IMG/VR virus record: IMGVR_UViG_3300013383_000023
Span: 35,845-99,844 of that record
DNA from: a virus
Lineage: Duplodnaviria > Caudoviricetes
Length of the DNA: 64,000 bases
Direction: 5' to 3' (one strand)
Shown: one piece after another, positions 41,160-51,713 of the stretch
Position numbering within the stretch: the stretch's first letter is position 1
Layout of the letters: each line of letters starts with the position of its first letter
The notes under the pieces: model-generated
Seen by the model: only the letters and a program-made list of their open reading frames with translations
What the model was told of the DNA's origin: nothing
The model's database searches: none
Program-made: the position numbers and the translations under genes

Positions 41160-41902
41160 TTCTTATAAATTTTATCCCAATGCGTTGTTATTGTGCCGTC
41201 TTCGTTACCAGTAGCAATAACAATATCTTTATTAGAAATATGTCGTGCTCTAGCTTCCATTATAGTATCATCTGTACCACCTTTAAATGAAATGTGAGTT
41301 TCATTCCCTTTTCGATACACATATCCTACAGCGTCTGCTAAACCACAAACTATCTTTCCTAATTTTCCTACTAAATCGATTTCTTTTGCCGATGTTTCCA
41401 CACCATCTTTTTCTACAATACTGTCTTTAACATGTCCTACGAGAATAAATTCATCGCACAGGTCTTTGAACATGTCAATGACTTTCTTTACTGCAGTTCT
41501 AAGATATCCGTATCCAGCACCATGTGGTAATGTTGTTACATCGGTGCCAGTCCATTTCTTTCCGAGTTCTGTTTGTCTATATAATTGACAAGCATAACCC
41601 ATGCAGATATCTTCTAATCTAGTAGCATTATCAATTGTTATATGTTTATAGAAGTTGTATCCTACTTCTTTATTTTTTGCCCTAATTGCAGCAGCAGCTT
41701 CTCCTAAATCTGTAATTGTTCTACATTGTATAGCCATTGCATCTATAAATGTTGAACCACCTTCTAAGTCTATAATTAGATTATTATCTAATTGTGCGAG
41801 ACATGATGTCTTACCTGCCTTGGGAAGGCCATATAGAATTAAATATTTAGGATTCTCTGATACTGCTTTAATTGGAGAAGTTGGTAATATTAATCCATCC
41901 AT
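41156..41902 (-). CDS. AAA_24/Sak4-like ATPase (ssDNA annealing)
   Basis: 'LYGLPKAGKT', 'IIDLEGG', 'ITIDNAT' and 'ILVGH' motifs. Confidence 0.8.
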   Translation of the reverse strand: MDGLILPTSPIKAVSENPKYLILYGLPKAGKTSCLAQLDNNLIIDLEGGSTFIDAMAIQCRTITDLGEAAAAIRAKNKEVGYNFYKHITIDNATRLEDICMGYACQLYRQTELGKKWTGTDVTTLPHGAGYGYLRTAVKKVIDMFKDLCDEFILVGHVKDSIVEKDGVETSAKEIDLVGKLGKIVCGLADAVGYVYRKGNETHISFKGGTDDTIMEARARHISNKDIVIATGNEDGTITTHWDKIYKK

Positions 41903-41941
41903 GCGTTATACGTCTTTAATGGTTAAATTATTAAGCTGTTA

Positions 41942-42388
41942 TTACGCAGCCATTTTAATAGCGATATCGATGATAAGTTTCTTCTTCTTTGGAGTGAAGA
42001 ATTGTGCATACTTGCTTGGAGTAAGAATATAATCAAATGGGATTACATCATATCCAATCTGAATCTCATCATCGAAAATACGAACGGGTGTACCGTCTGC
42101 AAGCTCGTAATCGTACTCATCCTTTCCGCTATTATACTTGGATAAGAACTCACATGCCTTATAGAAATTAAGGTTGTCGGACAAATCTTTAGGCTTTGTA
42201 AAGAACACGTCAATAGTTTTCTTCTCAGTCTTAGGCTTGAGATATGGTGCAAAATTAAAAATTGCATCAAGAAAACTCTTGTTCATATCGTTAATCACAT
42301 TTGTTGTGTTCTTTTTAGTACTCTTATTAATCTTAAAGTTATATGTCTTCATAAATTCAGCCTTTCTTTTATATATCGTCATTAGCAT
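41942..42388 (-). CDS. Hypothetical protein (start may be the internal MKTYNF)
   Basis: 148-aa ORF ending ...IAIKMAA. Confidence 0.7.
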   Translation of the reverse strand: MLMTIYKRKAEFMKTYNFKINKSTKKNTTNVINDMNKSFLDAIFNFAPYLKPKTEKKTIDVFFTKPKDLSDNLNFYKACEFLSKYNSGKDEYDYELADGTPVRIFDDEIQIGYDVIPFDYILTPSKYAQFFTPKKKKLIIDIAIKMAA

Positions 42389-43311
42389 TCAATAAAGTTA
42401 TTATGTGCTAAGTCATTTTCAAATTCAAGTATGCATGGTTTACCTCCGTCTCTATTCTTTAGTAGATGAAGATATATTTTATTCTGTGTAGGAAGACGCA
42501 TAGGACCATATTCTTTAATATGAAGAAGTTCTGGTCTATGAATAACGAACACATAATCACTTGCTTGAAACATAGCATCAGATGACGATAAATCACTACG
42601 CATTGGATAATGCGTTTGTGGATTGTTTATACGTTCCGGTTTTTCTATCTCTCTGTTCATTTGAGAAAGTTGAATTATACTTGTTCTAGCTTTCTTTTTA
42701 TGTTTGATGAACACATTTTCAAGTTCAGATATAGTTTCTATTACACTTCCAACTCTCTTTGTTAATAGAGAATGGTCATAAAATATGACAAAATATTTAT
42801 CTGTTCCCTTAATGTATTGTTGATAGAAATTTTCAATAGCAGTATCAACTTGTTGTGGAGTACCTGGATTATCTATAAAATAGATTGGATACTCTTTTAA
42901 TTCATTGGATACATCGATTACTTTTTTCAGAGTACCGTAATCGAGGTCCTGTTGAGAACTATACAAAGTAGAAGTCGTTACATTGAGCTTATTTGATAAC
43001 GTTCTTCCGATTTGCCTAAATCCAACCATCTCTAATGAGAAAACTAATACTACTATATCTTTATTTTTATTCAAATCAATTAAATCTGTACTTATCAAAT
43101 TTGCAAAACTTGATTTTCCACTGCCCGATATTCCAGAAATTGTATATATGGTATTTGGTTCAATACCTCCCATACATACATTGTTAAATTTATTCCAGCG
43201 AGTTTTTAATGATGATATTGTATGATCTCTGCGACCTTTTATATACTGAATTGCTTCAGCTACAACATCGTTCATTGGGCGTATAGAAAGATTAAATGAG
43301 TTCGTTTCCAT
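42382..43311 (-). CDS. dnaB: DnaB-like SF4 replicative helicase
   Basis: 'ISGISGSGKS', 'FSLEM', 'LSQMNR', 'SDL.SSDAMFQASD' and 'KNRDG' motifs. Confidence 0.9.
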   Translation of the reverse strand: METNSFNLSIRPMNDVVAEAIQYIKGRRDHTISSLKTRWNKFNNVCMGGIEPNTIYTISGISGSGKSSFANLISTDLIDLNKNKDIVVLVFSLEMVGFRQIGRTLSNKLNVTTSTLYSSQQDLDYGTLKKVIDVSNELKEYPIYFIDNPGTPQQVDTAIENFYQQYIKGTDKYFVIFYDHSLLTKRVGSVIETISELENVFIKHKKKARTSIIQLSQMNREIEKPERINNPQTHYPMRSDLSSSDAMFQASDYVFVIHRPELLHIKEYGPMRLPTQNKIYLHLLKNRDGGKPCILEFENDLAHNNFIEC

Positions 43312-43858
43312 ACCCCATATCCTCCTGTTTAATATCTTCTGTCATCTCTTGTTCAGACTCTTCCCATGTATGATCTACAAGCCAACGCCACATAGTTTTC
43401 ATAAAACACATATTACCAGTTTTCATCTTTTTATTTATCTCGAAATCAAGACATTTATTAAGATGCTCGGCCATAGCTTGGCTATTACCTACAAGCTGAT
43501 TGTACATATTTCTACATTTGTTGACGTTAGTACGTAAGAATGATTTAACACCATCTTTTCTAGTAACATATACAGGATACATTTCGTAAAACAAATCGAA
43601 AAATTCTTTTTTAGGCTTTACTAAGTCTAGCAATTTTTCGGTAGGTTTATAAATTGTATTTTTACCTCTCTCTATCGATGTAATGAGTCCTAACTTGATT
43701 AAGTTTGGTATGTCGTCGTCATTTAAAAGGCTGACTAAACGATGGACGTCTTGATTATTTTTTTGATTCTTATCTAATACCAAACTAAGGAAAATTAATT
43801 GATTTGAATTTATAGATTCACTAGCATTTAATAATGCAGTGTTAAGTTCTACAATCAT
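43292..43858 (-). CDS. Putative replication protein (wHTH; initiator/helicase-loader-like)
   Basis: 'FDLFYEMYP...K' and 'MWRWLVDHTWE' motifs typical of phage replisome organizers; lies between the polymerase and the helicase. Confidence 0.55.
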   Translation of the reverse strand: MIVELNTALLNASESINSNQLIFLSLVLDKNQKNNQDVHRLVSLLNDDDIPNLIKLGLITSIERGKNTIYKPTEKLLDLVKPKKEFFDLFYEMYPVYVTRKDGVKSFLRTNVNKCRNMYNQLVGNSQAMAEHLNKCLDFEINKKMKTGNMCFMKTMWRWLVDHTWEESEQEMTEDIKQEDMGYGNELI

Positions 43859-43882
43859 CTTATACTCATAGGTTAACGATAA

Positions 43883-45808
43883 TTATTCAAATAGTTCCAA
43901 TTGTACCGTTTGCAGCGCATTTACTATCTTCTTAGCCTCCGATATATAATACATATAATTTATATGTCTTTTTTCTATTGGAGTATCATCAAGAAGGTTT
44001 AAAATAGCAACTCCAGATTTAGTAAGCATATTAGTATACTTAACTTTCTTTATAGCATTTTTAAAGAATATTGCATCTGGATTTTGGTTATCATCTACTT
44101 TATATAAATAATAGCCGTTTGTACTAGCATAATAACGATTTATTCTAGATATAAACTTATTGTTGTATTCAACTTTAAATTTTTTATCTACTCTTTGTCC
44201 CATTAAGAATTCTTTTATATCTTTACAATTCTTAATAGTTTCTATAATAGGAACTTTATTAACAAAGTAGTTTATTACAGCCTTAGGAATAATGGTAGGA
44301 GATAAACCTTTCCCTAATTTTGTATCTGTAATAAACATACCTTTCTTTTCTATCAATTTTGGGTCATGTGATATGCCATAACCTTCGATTATTCCGAAAT
44401 AATCGTTTATCGCGTATTGATAAAACGCTTCATAGCATCCTGTTTCGAATGTTAATTTTGTTATCTGTTCAACATCAGTAATAGCTTCTTGGACAGCATT
44501 ACGACTTGACTTTTTTACAACGTACATTACACCGTCAGTATTAGCTTGTACTATCTTACAACCTAATTTAACTAGACGTTCAATGAGCATTAACAATATC
44601 AATTGTCCGTTAATTCGGATTTTAAAGACATTGAATGGGTCGTACATCCAACTATTAACATCTTGCATTTTACCTGTTACAGAGTTCAGAACCAATTTTA
44701 AAGCAAGATTCTTATTCTTCTGCCCGCTATGCTTCGCATTTACTCTTTCTTTATATACTCCTTCGTAAATGCTTAAGAAGTCTTTACCGAGGTGACGTGG
44801 CGTTAATTCGTAGATGATTAATAAACTAGGATACATACTTGTAACATCAGCATGTCCTATATATTCATCTTCACTCGGAAGAAATATTTCTGGTGAGTTT
44901 ATACTGTGAAGACCTCCAACTCCAACAGAATACCTTCTATTTGAGAGCACAAATTGCTTCTCATAACCTTTTCGCTCCTTAGATGATACTACTTGCTTTC
45001 TCATATCATCAAGTACTGCTATTAATTCGGGTGTTTGAAATGAAATAAATGGGAAAATAACATCTTTTAATGGTATTTCATCCATTGGAGACCTCTTCTC
45101 CTTTAATACATTGTAACTAATGTTTGTTTTGTTACAATATTCTTTAGCAAGATAAGTTTCCCCAAACTTTACGCTATCCATACTAAGGGCATCTATTCCA
45201 TATTCATTCTCAATCCAAAGTCGTAGCTCTACGTCTTCTTTGCAGCGATTGAGTAACTCTGCAGTAGAATCTACGTCATTAATATTATAACTAATCATTT
45301 CGTCTATTTTAGAATCTGGTATAGGGCTATTAAAATCTCCATCATATTCTTGCACATTCTTATAATACATTGTCATCTGCATTGATTTCAATCCTACTCT
45401 CAGTTTTCTTGAAAATAACATTGAAAGAATGTCCATAGATTTAAAATAATTAGCGTATTTCCAATGAGACAATTTAGATCTTGTATCTTCGTTGTCTTCA
45501 TCATTCACAATTAATTGCGACATATTATACAAAGACTTACAAATATCGTAATATGATTTATTATTCATTACTTTATGATATTCTATAATGTAGTTAATTA
45601 TTAAATCATCATAAAAATGATTATTGTACCCTACAAATATAGCGTTCTTTGCTTTAAAATAGTCGCATAATTCATCTATTTGTTGTTTTCTGTTAGATAT
45701 CTCAAATTTGTAATATTGATTTGTTTCTGTATCTTTTATTGTTACATGAAAGCAATTAGGAAACACTTCAATATCATAAACTTTAGCTATCAAATCTTTA
45801 ATAATCAT
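43883..45808 (-). CDS. polB: Family B DNA polymerase
   Basis: Exonuclease motifs 'YDIE', 'GYNN.FYD' and 'YNINDV'; polymerase motifs 'DVTSMYPS', 'KLVLNSVTG' and 'ANTDG'. Likely start is ATG 45808. Confidence 0.92.
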   Translation of the reverse strand: MIIKDLIAKVYDIEVFPNCFHVTIKDTETNQYYKFEISNRKQQIDELCDYFKAKNAIFVGYNNHFYDDLIINYIIEYHKVMNNKSYYDICKSLYNMSQLIVNDEDNEDTRSKLSHWKYANYFKSMDILSMLFSRKLRVGLKSMQMTMYYKNVQEYDGDFNSPIPDSKIDEMISYNINDVDSTAELLNRCKEDVELRLWIENEYGIDALSMDSVKFGETYLAKEYCNKTNISYNVLKEKRSPMDEIPLKDVIFPFISFQTPELIAVLDDMRKQVVSSKERKGYEKQFVLSNRRYSVGVGGLHSINSPEIFLPSEDEYIGHADVTSMYPSLLIIYELTPRHLGKDFLSIYEGVYKERVNAKHSGQKNKNLALKLVLNSVTGKMQDVNSWMYDPFNVFKIRINGQLILLMLIERLVKLGCKIVQANTDGVMYVVKKSSRNAVQEAITDVEQITKLTFETGCYEAFYQYAINDYFGIIEGYGISHDPKLIEKKGMFITDTKLGKGLSPTIIPKAVINYFVNKVPIIETIKNCKDIKEFLMGQRVDKKFKVEYNNKFISRINRYYASTNGYYLYKVDDNQNPDAIFFKNAIKKVKYTNMLTKSGVAILNLLDDTPIEKRHINYMYYISEAKKIVNALQTVQLELFE

Positions 45809-45830
45809 AGTTCTAAGACTCTTGATTAGA

Positions 45831-45937
45831 AGAGGTAGAGGAATCAAACCTCCCAGTAACCTTACACCAAAGTTCGACGATCAGGGTCATTCACCAACAT
45901 TATTATTAAGATCATCTATTACTGTACCATAACCTCC
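45831..45937 (-). ncRNA. tRNA-like element A (acceptor plus T arm, no D stem)
   Basis: GGAGGT-TATGGTA-CAGTAA...TTACTG-GGAGG-TTTGATT-CCTCT-ACCTCT. Confidence 0.65.
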
Positions 45938-45984
45938 AAGAATCTATCGTTTCACAACGACGGTTCTTTACCACTAAACGGAAG

Positions 45985-46043
45985 AGAATACAGAGGAATC
46001 CAACCTCTTACATTCTCACGAATGCCACGACTGTGTGTATTCT
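45985..46043 (-). ncRNA. tRNA-like element B
   Basis: AGAATAC...GCATTC-GTGA-GAATGT-A-AGAGG-TTGGATT-CCTCT-GTATTCT. Confidence 0.6.
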
Positions 46044-46086
46044 GGCTAAAGAAAAACAAAATATATAAATTAAATAAAAACAGTTG

Positions 46087-46199
46087 TGGAGAGGTGGGAG
46101 TCAAACCCACTACGAGCCCGTAAGAATCACATCGTATACTGAAACAATTGCTCGATTAATAATAGTATTGCATGATAAAACTCGTATTCCAAACTCTCC
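46087..46199 (-). ncRNA. tRNA-like element C
   Basis: GGAGAG-TTTGGAA-TACGAGTT...GGCTCGTA-GTGGG-TTTGACT-CCCAC-CTCTCC-A. Confidence 0.7.
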
Positions 46200-46245
46200 T
46201 TGTAAATCGTACTGACTTAAAGCTCTGACGATTTATATATTGTGT

Positions 46246-47103
46246 TTATGCTGCCTTTAACTCAGCATTCTGCTGTGATATATCCAATATCTTTGCAGAA
46301 TTCTTTGAAGGTATATTACACGTCTGCAATATAGGCTTCATGATAGCAGAAATATGATTAATTGCGTCCGGTTGATCTATATGATGAACCTTGAATCCAC
46401 AATAGAGTCCTCTTCTAAACTCTGTAAGTTCTGACCTAAGAAACTTATCTCCGAGTTTATAAGCATCTGTTGTAGCTTTTATATACGCTTTTTCTGCTGT
46501 TTGTCTTTTTCTAAATCTACCGTAGAATAACGTATGATCTTCTGGTTGAAGTTTATACGGATCTCCCTTGATAGTAGTTAAGACCATATATCGTTTACTT
46601 CTCTCACGCTCGGTAACCATTATCTCACTTACAATCTTGCTAAACACATCACTGCGCATTTTGTTATGTTCGTCAAGACTATTCATGTAAATAAGCTTAT
46701 CTTTATCAGAAAGTTTATCGATATCTTTTAGTTCTGGACCAGGATTTTTCTTATCCCATTTATTCAGACGATTAACTGCTACACCATGAAGATAATCATT
46801 GTGCGTCAGTTTCGTACTGGATGCTTTAAACGTTGGTGTCCAATTTTTCGGTTGCTTAAAACTTCCAGCTTTGTTCTTTTCCATATTAGCTAAATAACGT
46901 ATTTTAACGTCTTCTGCTGCCTTTTTAAGAGTCTTGCCTATAACATATGTCACTCGGCTAGAAACAGGCCGTGAAATGCAAATTAAATTGCCTTCTTGGT
47001 CATATTTTGGTTTGTTTACGGACTCTCTAAAGAATACAAGATTTTTATACGTAAAATTATTTTTATTTGCCAATTTATTTAAAGTTTTCTTATTCGTTTT
47101 CAT
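46246..47103 (-). CDS. Hypothetical basic protein
   Basis: 285-aa Lys-rich ORF ending ...AELKAA. Confidence 0.75.
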   Translation of the reverse strand: MKTNKKTLNKLANKNNFTYKNLVFFRESVNKPKYDQEGNLICISRPVSSRVTYVIGKTLKKAAEDVKIRYLANMEKNKAGSFKQPKNWTPTFKASSTKLTHNDYLHGVAVNRLNKWDKKNPGPELKDIDKLSDKDKLIYMNSLDEHNKMRSDVFSKIVSEIMVTERERSKRYMVLTTIKGDPYKLQPEDHTLFYGRFRKRQTAEKAYIKATTDAYKLGDKFLRSELTEFRRGLYCGFKVHHIDQPDAINHISAIMKPILQTCNIPSKNSAKILDISQQNAELKAA

Positions 47104-47142
47104 ATTGATTATGTTTTAATTATACATGTTGCTTTGATAGTG

Positions 47143-47198
47143 AAGGTGTAACTGAGTCGAACAAGTTCGTGATTTTTCGCACGTTACCATAAACACCC
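47143..47198 (-). ncRNA. tRNA-like element D (minimal)
   Basis: GGGTGT-TTATGGTAA-CGTG..CACG-AACTTG-TTCGACT-CAGTT-ACACCT. Confidence 0.6.
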
Positions 47199-47209
47199 AA
47201 TATAATTAA

Positions 47210-47761
47210 CTATAGAGTAAATTCCGTAGTAAATGTTTCGTTGTCATCGATCTCTAGTTCAATCTTGGCATTCTTATTGAATTCTTCAATATCTGCCTTA
47301 AGAGCTTGAATCTTAATATCAATGTCGCCAATAAGCTGCGCACACTTAGCGTTAGTAAACACCTCATCCTTACTGATGCCTTTCTTACTAAGTTTTGCCT
47401 TAGTCGCAGGATCAATAGTATGTTTAGTTTTTACAATAGTAAGATGCGTTTTCTGCTCATTGAGCTCATTAAGCATATAAATACGATAATAGTGATCGTT
47501 TTTAATATCCTTAAAATTAAACTTCTTAATTCCACTATTAATAGCATTCATAAGAAGCTTTGATTTTACACGATTAATTGCCATTTGAGTAATCTGATTA
47601 TAAAGAGACTTCAAATCATATTTACGATATCCATCTTTCACTGCCTTCTTAGACATAAGATTAGTAGACTCAATAGTTTTCCAATAAGAAGAAATCTTCT
47701 TACTAAGATTATCACGTGTATTAATAATATTTGTAGAGTTCAAATTAATTGATTTATTCAT
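47210..47761 (-). CDS. Hypothetical coiled-coil protein
   Basis: Likely start MNKSINLN at 47761, because the track extension runs through a tRNA-like RNA. Ends at TAG. Confidence 0.7.
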   Translation of the reverse strand: MNKSINLNSTNIINTRDNLSKKISSYWKTIESTNLMSKKAVKDGYRKYDLKSLYNQITQMAINRVKSKLLMNAINSGIKKFNFKDIKNDHYYRIYMLNELNEQKTHLTIVKTKHTIDPATKAKLSKKGISKDEVFTNAKCAQLIGDIDIKIQALKADIEEFNKNAKIELEIDDNETFTTEFTL

Positions 47762-47814
47762 AAGCTTGATATATTTTAAGTTAATAATAAATCTTGAACT
47801 ATACGTCTTCCTAG

Positions 47815-47868
47815 AAGGTGCCCAGGAGTCGAACCTGGGTTTTATCTGGGGTTTCCAGCCACACACCC
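47815..47868 (-). ncRNA. tRNA-like element E (minimal)
   Basis: GGGTGT-GTGG-CTGG..CCAG-ATAAAAC-CCAGG-TTCGACT-CCTGG-GCACCT. Confidence 0.6.
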
Positions 47869-47988
47869 GTCCATCATAACCATTAAAATACATTAGTAGC
47901 TGGTTAGACTACTAATGTTATATTGTATGCAATTAAACATATATAATAATCTAATTAATATTCGTTTTAACTGGGGTCTCCAGTACTA

Positions 47989-48552
47989 CTAATCAATCTG
48001 ATCAAATTGTACGTGTCCTTTCACATTTATTGTTTCTCCAAATGGATTAAGGGCAAACTTATGAGAGAATGCCATAGGATCGATATGAATGTTAATCTTT
48101 TGTGCTTTATCTGTATTGAAATCTCCTTCCGTGGGGTCTCCACTGTCGATTCCCATGACTTTACAGCTCAAGGGACTATTCTTCATACCAAACTTTGTAG
48201 CTATTAACAATTGGTCAATAACATACGAGTAATCCTCATTTTGTATACCCTTAGTTGCAATAACTCCCAAAAGACCATTTAAAATCTTTTGGTTTGTATT
48301 GTTCTTTTGTCCGCTAATTGCAGACGCTACTTTCATTGCAAACTCGTTAAAGGAAATAGTTCGCTCGTCTCCGATTAAACGATTCCACCATTTTACGCAG
48401 GTCTTGCCAAATGTTATAGAACCATCTTCACTTACACTACACGAACTATATACTTCCTTCTTGTCGTTATCTACAAGAATCCCCTTAATTGTAGGATCTT
48501 CAAGTAGATATTGTACAAGCAACGCGTCTGCACGAGACAGACGGTTGTTCAT
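47989..48552 (-). CDS. Hypothetical protein
   Basis: 187-aa ORF starting 2 nt after the upstream stop. Confidence 0.75.
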   Translation of the reverse strand: MNNRLSRADALLVQYLLEDPTIKGILVDNDKKEVYSSCSVSEDGSITFGKTCVKWWNRLIGDERTISFNEFAMKVASAISGQKNNTNQKILNGLLGVIATKGIQNEDYSYVIDQLLIATKFGMKNSPLSCKVMGIDSGDPTEGDFNTDKAQKINIHIDPMAFSHKFALNPFGETINVKGHVQFDQID

Positions 48553-48554
48553 AA

Positions 48555-49181
48555 TTATTCCTCAACTGTAGCTTCAACGTGAACTGTTGCATCAAGTGCC
48601 GGATCGTCAAGAATACCGCACTGCTTCTTGTATTCTGTTACATATGCAGTATCCTTACTAATCGTCTTTCCAAGCAGCGATGATTGACCCTGCAGGTCTG
48701 AAATCAAATTATCAACGCGAGCCTTCTCATTCTTATTCAAACGATTAACCGCTTCAGTAAGCTTTTCAAGACACTTAAAGTAAATTGGCTCACCAGACTT
48801 GGCTATATTTTCAATTGCCATCTTAATATTCTCATTTGTAGGCTCTATGTCGAACTTCGGCATCTGCAATGGCAAGGTAATTTCAATTTCCTTACCAGCC
48901 TTATCCTTAATGCCCTTGTTGAGAATAATCATAGGAGTACCATCAATGTCCTGAGCGTACTCCATACTTATTACATCGATCTTACGAATCTTATAACGAT
49001 GGACAGGTCGTATCGGCAGAAGTTCTCCATTTTCCGAAACGTTTTCTCGCTTCTCGTTGAACTTCAGATCAACATTTACACAAGATACTGTGAACAACTG
49101 ACGGCCAAACATTGAACCATACGCCATAACAACTTTACGCCCCCTTGGGCTAATTTCTACGTTAATATTTACATTATTCAT
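48555..49181 (-). CDS. Hypothetical protein
   Basis: 208-aa ORF with an A-rich leader. Confidence 0.75.
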   Translation of the reverse strand: MNNVNINVEISPRGRKVVMAYGSMFGRQLFTVSCVNVDLKFNEKRENVSENGELLPIRPVHRYKIRKIDVISMEYAQDIDGTPMIILNKGIKDKAGKEIEITLPLQMPKFDIEPTNENIKMAIENIAKSGEPIYFKCLEKLTEAVNRLNKNEKARVDNLISDLQGQSSLLGKTISKDTAYVTEYKKQCGILDDPALDATVHVEATVEE

Positions 49182-49194
49182 AATAATTTTCCTT

Positions 49195-51170
49195 TTTGAT
49201 TTCGTGATTGATTCACCACGAAAATTATTTTAATCTGTTGTGTTCATAAGAACTATTAATGCCTTACGGCAATTCGCTTATACTCTTTATTACACAAATT
49301 TGGTTAACCGTGCATATGAGAGGTCGTTTTTGTAATTAGTAATACACAAACCGCACAACTATGTTGCTATGGACGAATTATCGACTACTTTGTTCGTCTA
49401 TCTATTACTGTGTATTACTAGTTATAAAGCTATAAACTCCACAATTGGTGCAGTACAGTCATGTACTAGTAATACGAATTATTTTATTATACTTTATAAA
49501 ATTACTTGAAATAACCGTCAAAGGCTCTAATGTGTCCAAGCATCGTGGAGAGTTCCAGTGCTGAGTCATTCCAAGTTACTATTATGTCTGCTATTTGTAC
49601 AGTCTTTCGATACTGATTAGGATAGCTCCCCTGTTCTATTTCGGCAAAGGCATTTTGTAGGAAGAACAATCAATAACCTATTTCCTTCTTAACGTGAGGA
49701 GTACGTTTCTTTATCGGACCATCTACTCTTCAGAAGAGTCTTTGATGCTACGGCTTTTTACTTCTTTGCTGAACAATGCTGTTTATGTTTCAAAACACCC
49801 ACATCGACCATTATTCCAGGATTTCTTTGTTTATCGTGCGCGAATATCCAGGATTCCAACCTGTTACGGCCCATGCTTTATTCGATACGCTACCGATACT
49901 TATTGCACTCGTTTTCCGCTGTACGCTACGCGATTACTCGCCTCGCTTATTCTACGTAGAGACAGTACGTAGAATTTCTATGGGTTCCCGTAAGTCTGCG
50001 TCAAGTTTACACATACATTTCACTGCATATTTTACCTTATAGACCTTTTGACGATAACGGTTGGCACTATTATTGCTCTGGCTTATTACATATTTTATCT
50101 TTACAACAGACATGTGAATATGCTCAAGTCGAACCGCAATAAGATTGTTAGACAATATAAATTACCAGCTTACTATTCTGTTTGTTTTTATTCTGTAGTA
50201 CTTTGAACTACACTTCTACACGTTTGAATTTCTGTTTCATATTTAGAGTTATACTTACAGCACTGTAAAGATATTTGTAAGTGTACTAACTTCTAATTGT
50301 TTGTTTCGGTTATCCATGTATTAAGAAGATGAAAGGTAGGTCAATATATCTGGAGTGATATATCTCGAATACAATTCACGTTACGCTTTGTACGCTTCCA
50401 AGCGACAGATGTTTAGTCTGCATTAAGAACTTCTTTTGACTGTAACGTAGTCGCCGTTTATCATATCCATATTAGATTGCTAATGTCTTTTCTGGATATT
50501 ACCATCAGTCTTTTTCTCACGGACTCGTGGCGTGGGTCGGTCTTTCCGACACAAGCTTCCTCTGCTTGCTCGTCATTTAACTTTTATATACCGCATAAAC
50601 GACTAAAGGCTGGCGGTCAGTTATTACAAATAGGGAAAAGATTTTCAGCATACACATTACCCGATCACTGCCACCCATTAAACTGAGATGTGACGAATCT
50701 AACGTCAAGGATTTTGTTTAAGCACTATATTTACGATATAGCTGTAGGTAGATTCTTACAGTCTCTCTTAACTAGTCTATTCTTTTAGCTATTTTTCCTC
50801 CCTTCATAATGGCTTTGGAGACCATGAACACTAGAGTAAGCGTAGTACAAATCTATTAGGTTTGGAAGCTAATAGTTGCGGCTCGTGTGTCGTTCGCTCA
50901 TACTTGTGTACCTCAATGTATAAGATTCCGATACGGTTCATTATGCGCTTCTTGCGACTTATGCGTTTCACTGTTTATCCATCACCAAACGGTTCTCATG
51001 GCAGTTAGGAGTTGATACAACGCTTCTCCTACTTGATATTTGCTTTTCACACAAATATCATTTCGTCTTACCTTTTGCGTATTCTCGCCCTTTGAGAGGG
51101 TTAACATATTCTCAGACCAAGTAATTATTACATCGATTCTTAGGCTAATGAGACCTAATATGAATCTGAA
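49195..51170 (-). ncRNA. Candidate very large structured non-coding RNA (~1.9 kb), or a cluster of RNAs
   Basis: No credible ORF. Dense hairpins, some with GNRA loops on the - strand (49260-49271, 49600-49615), others at 49949-49975, 50536-50550 and 51034-51060. A 12-bp stem pairs 49337-49348 with 49409-49420. Confidence 0.6.
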
Positions 51171-51174
51171 CTAA

Positions 51175-51540
51175 TTATTCGATAATGCGTACACTATCAT
51201 TAGCAGAGTGATTTTCTTCAACTTGCTCTTCAGTTGCCTGTTTTGCTATAAATACAAGAGGATAATGGATTATTTTCTCTTGTACGACACGATAGGGTAC
51301 AGGTACTCTAATTGTATCTGGATTAGAAACTTCATGTTGTGTTACAGAATCAATTTTATTCTGCAACTTATTAGTTAGACTCTCTACAGCATTCTTGTAC
51401 ATAGTCAGCTGCATGTCTACGGGCAATACCACTTGTTGTGCAGGTGGTGATGCCATTGGTTTAGTATCATCATTATGACCAATAATCCAGCCAAATGTTA
51501 ATAATGCTAAACAACTTGCTATTGTTACTACTTTTTTCAT
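51175..51540 (-). CDS. Membrane-anchored hypothetical protein
   Basis: N-terminal hydrophobic helix; preceded by the ATTATCAAAATG leader motif. Confidence 0.75.
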   Translation of the reverse strand: MKKVVTIASCLALLTFGWIIGHNDDTKPMASPPAQQVVLPVDMQLTMYKNAVESLTNKLQNKIDSVTQHEVSNPDTIRVPVPYRVVQEKIIHYPLVFIAKQATEEQVEENHSANDSVRIIE

Positions 51541-51713
51541 TTTGATAATGATTTATTTTTCAACATGATAGTTGTGTTCTATGTCTACTGGACCGTCATC
51601 TTCGCTTCCGTTTGAGACTGCAGTTCTCACACGCCTTAAGACTTCCTCCAGGACATCCACGGCTACCTTTAATTTGCGCTTTATTAAACTTCTGGCAGCT
51701 ACGAAGAACGCGG

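Noticed and set aside
45809-45847. N-terminal extension of the polymerase in the ORF track (likewise 47762-47893)
   Set aside because: Runs through tRNA-like elements; the downstream ATGs have better leaders.
49694-50686. Track ORFs of 67-92 aa in the long intergenic region
   Set aside because: Short, mutually overlapping, mostly antisense to the operon, with non-ATG starts and atypical composition.
49195-51170. Group II intron or rRNA identity for the long non-coding region
   Set aside because: Only partial GAACCGT strings; no complete domain V, no RT ORF, flanking genes intact, and no recognisable rRNA signature.
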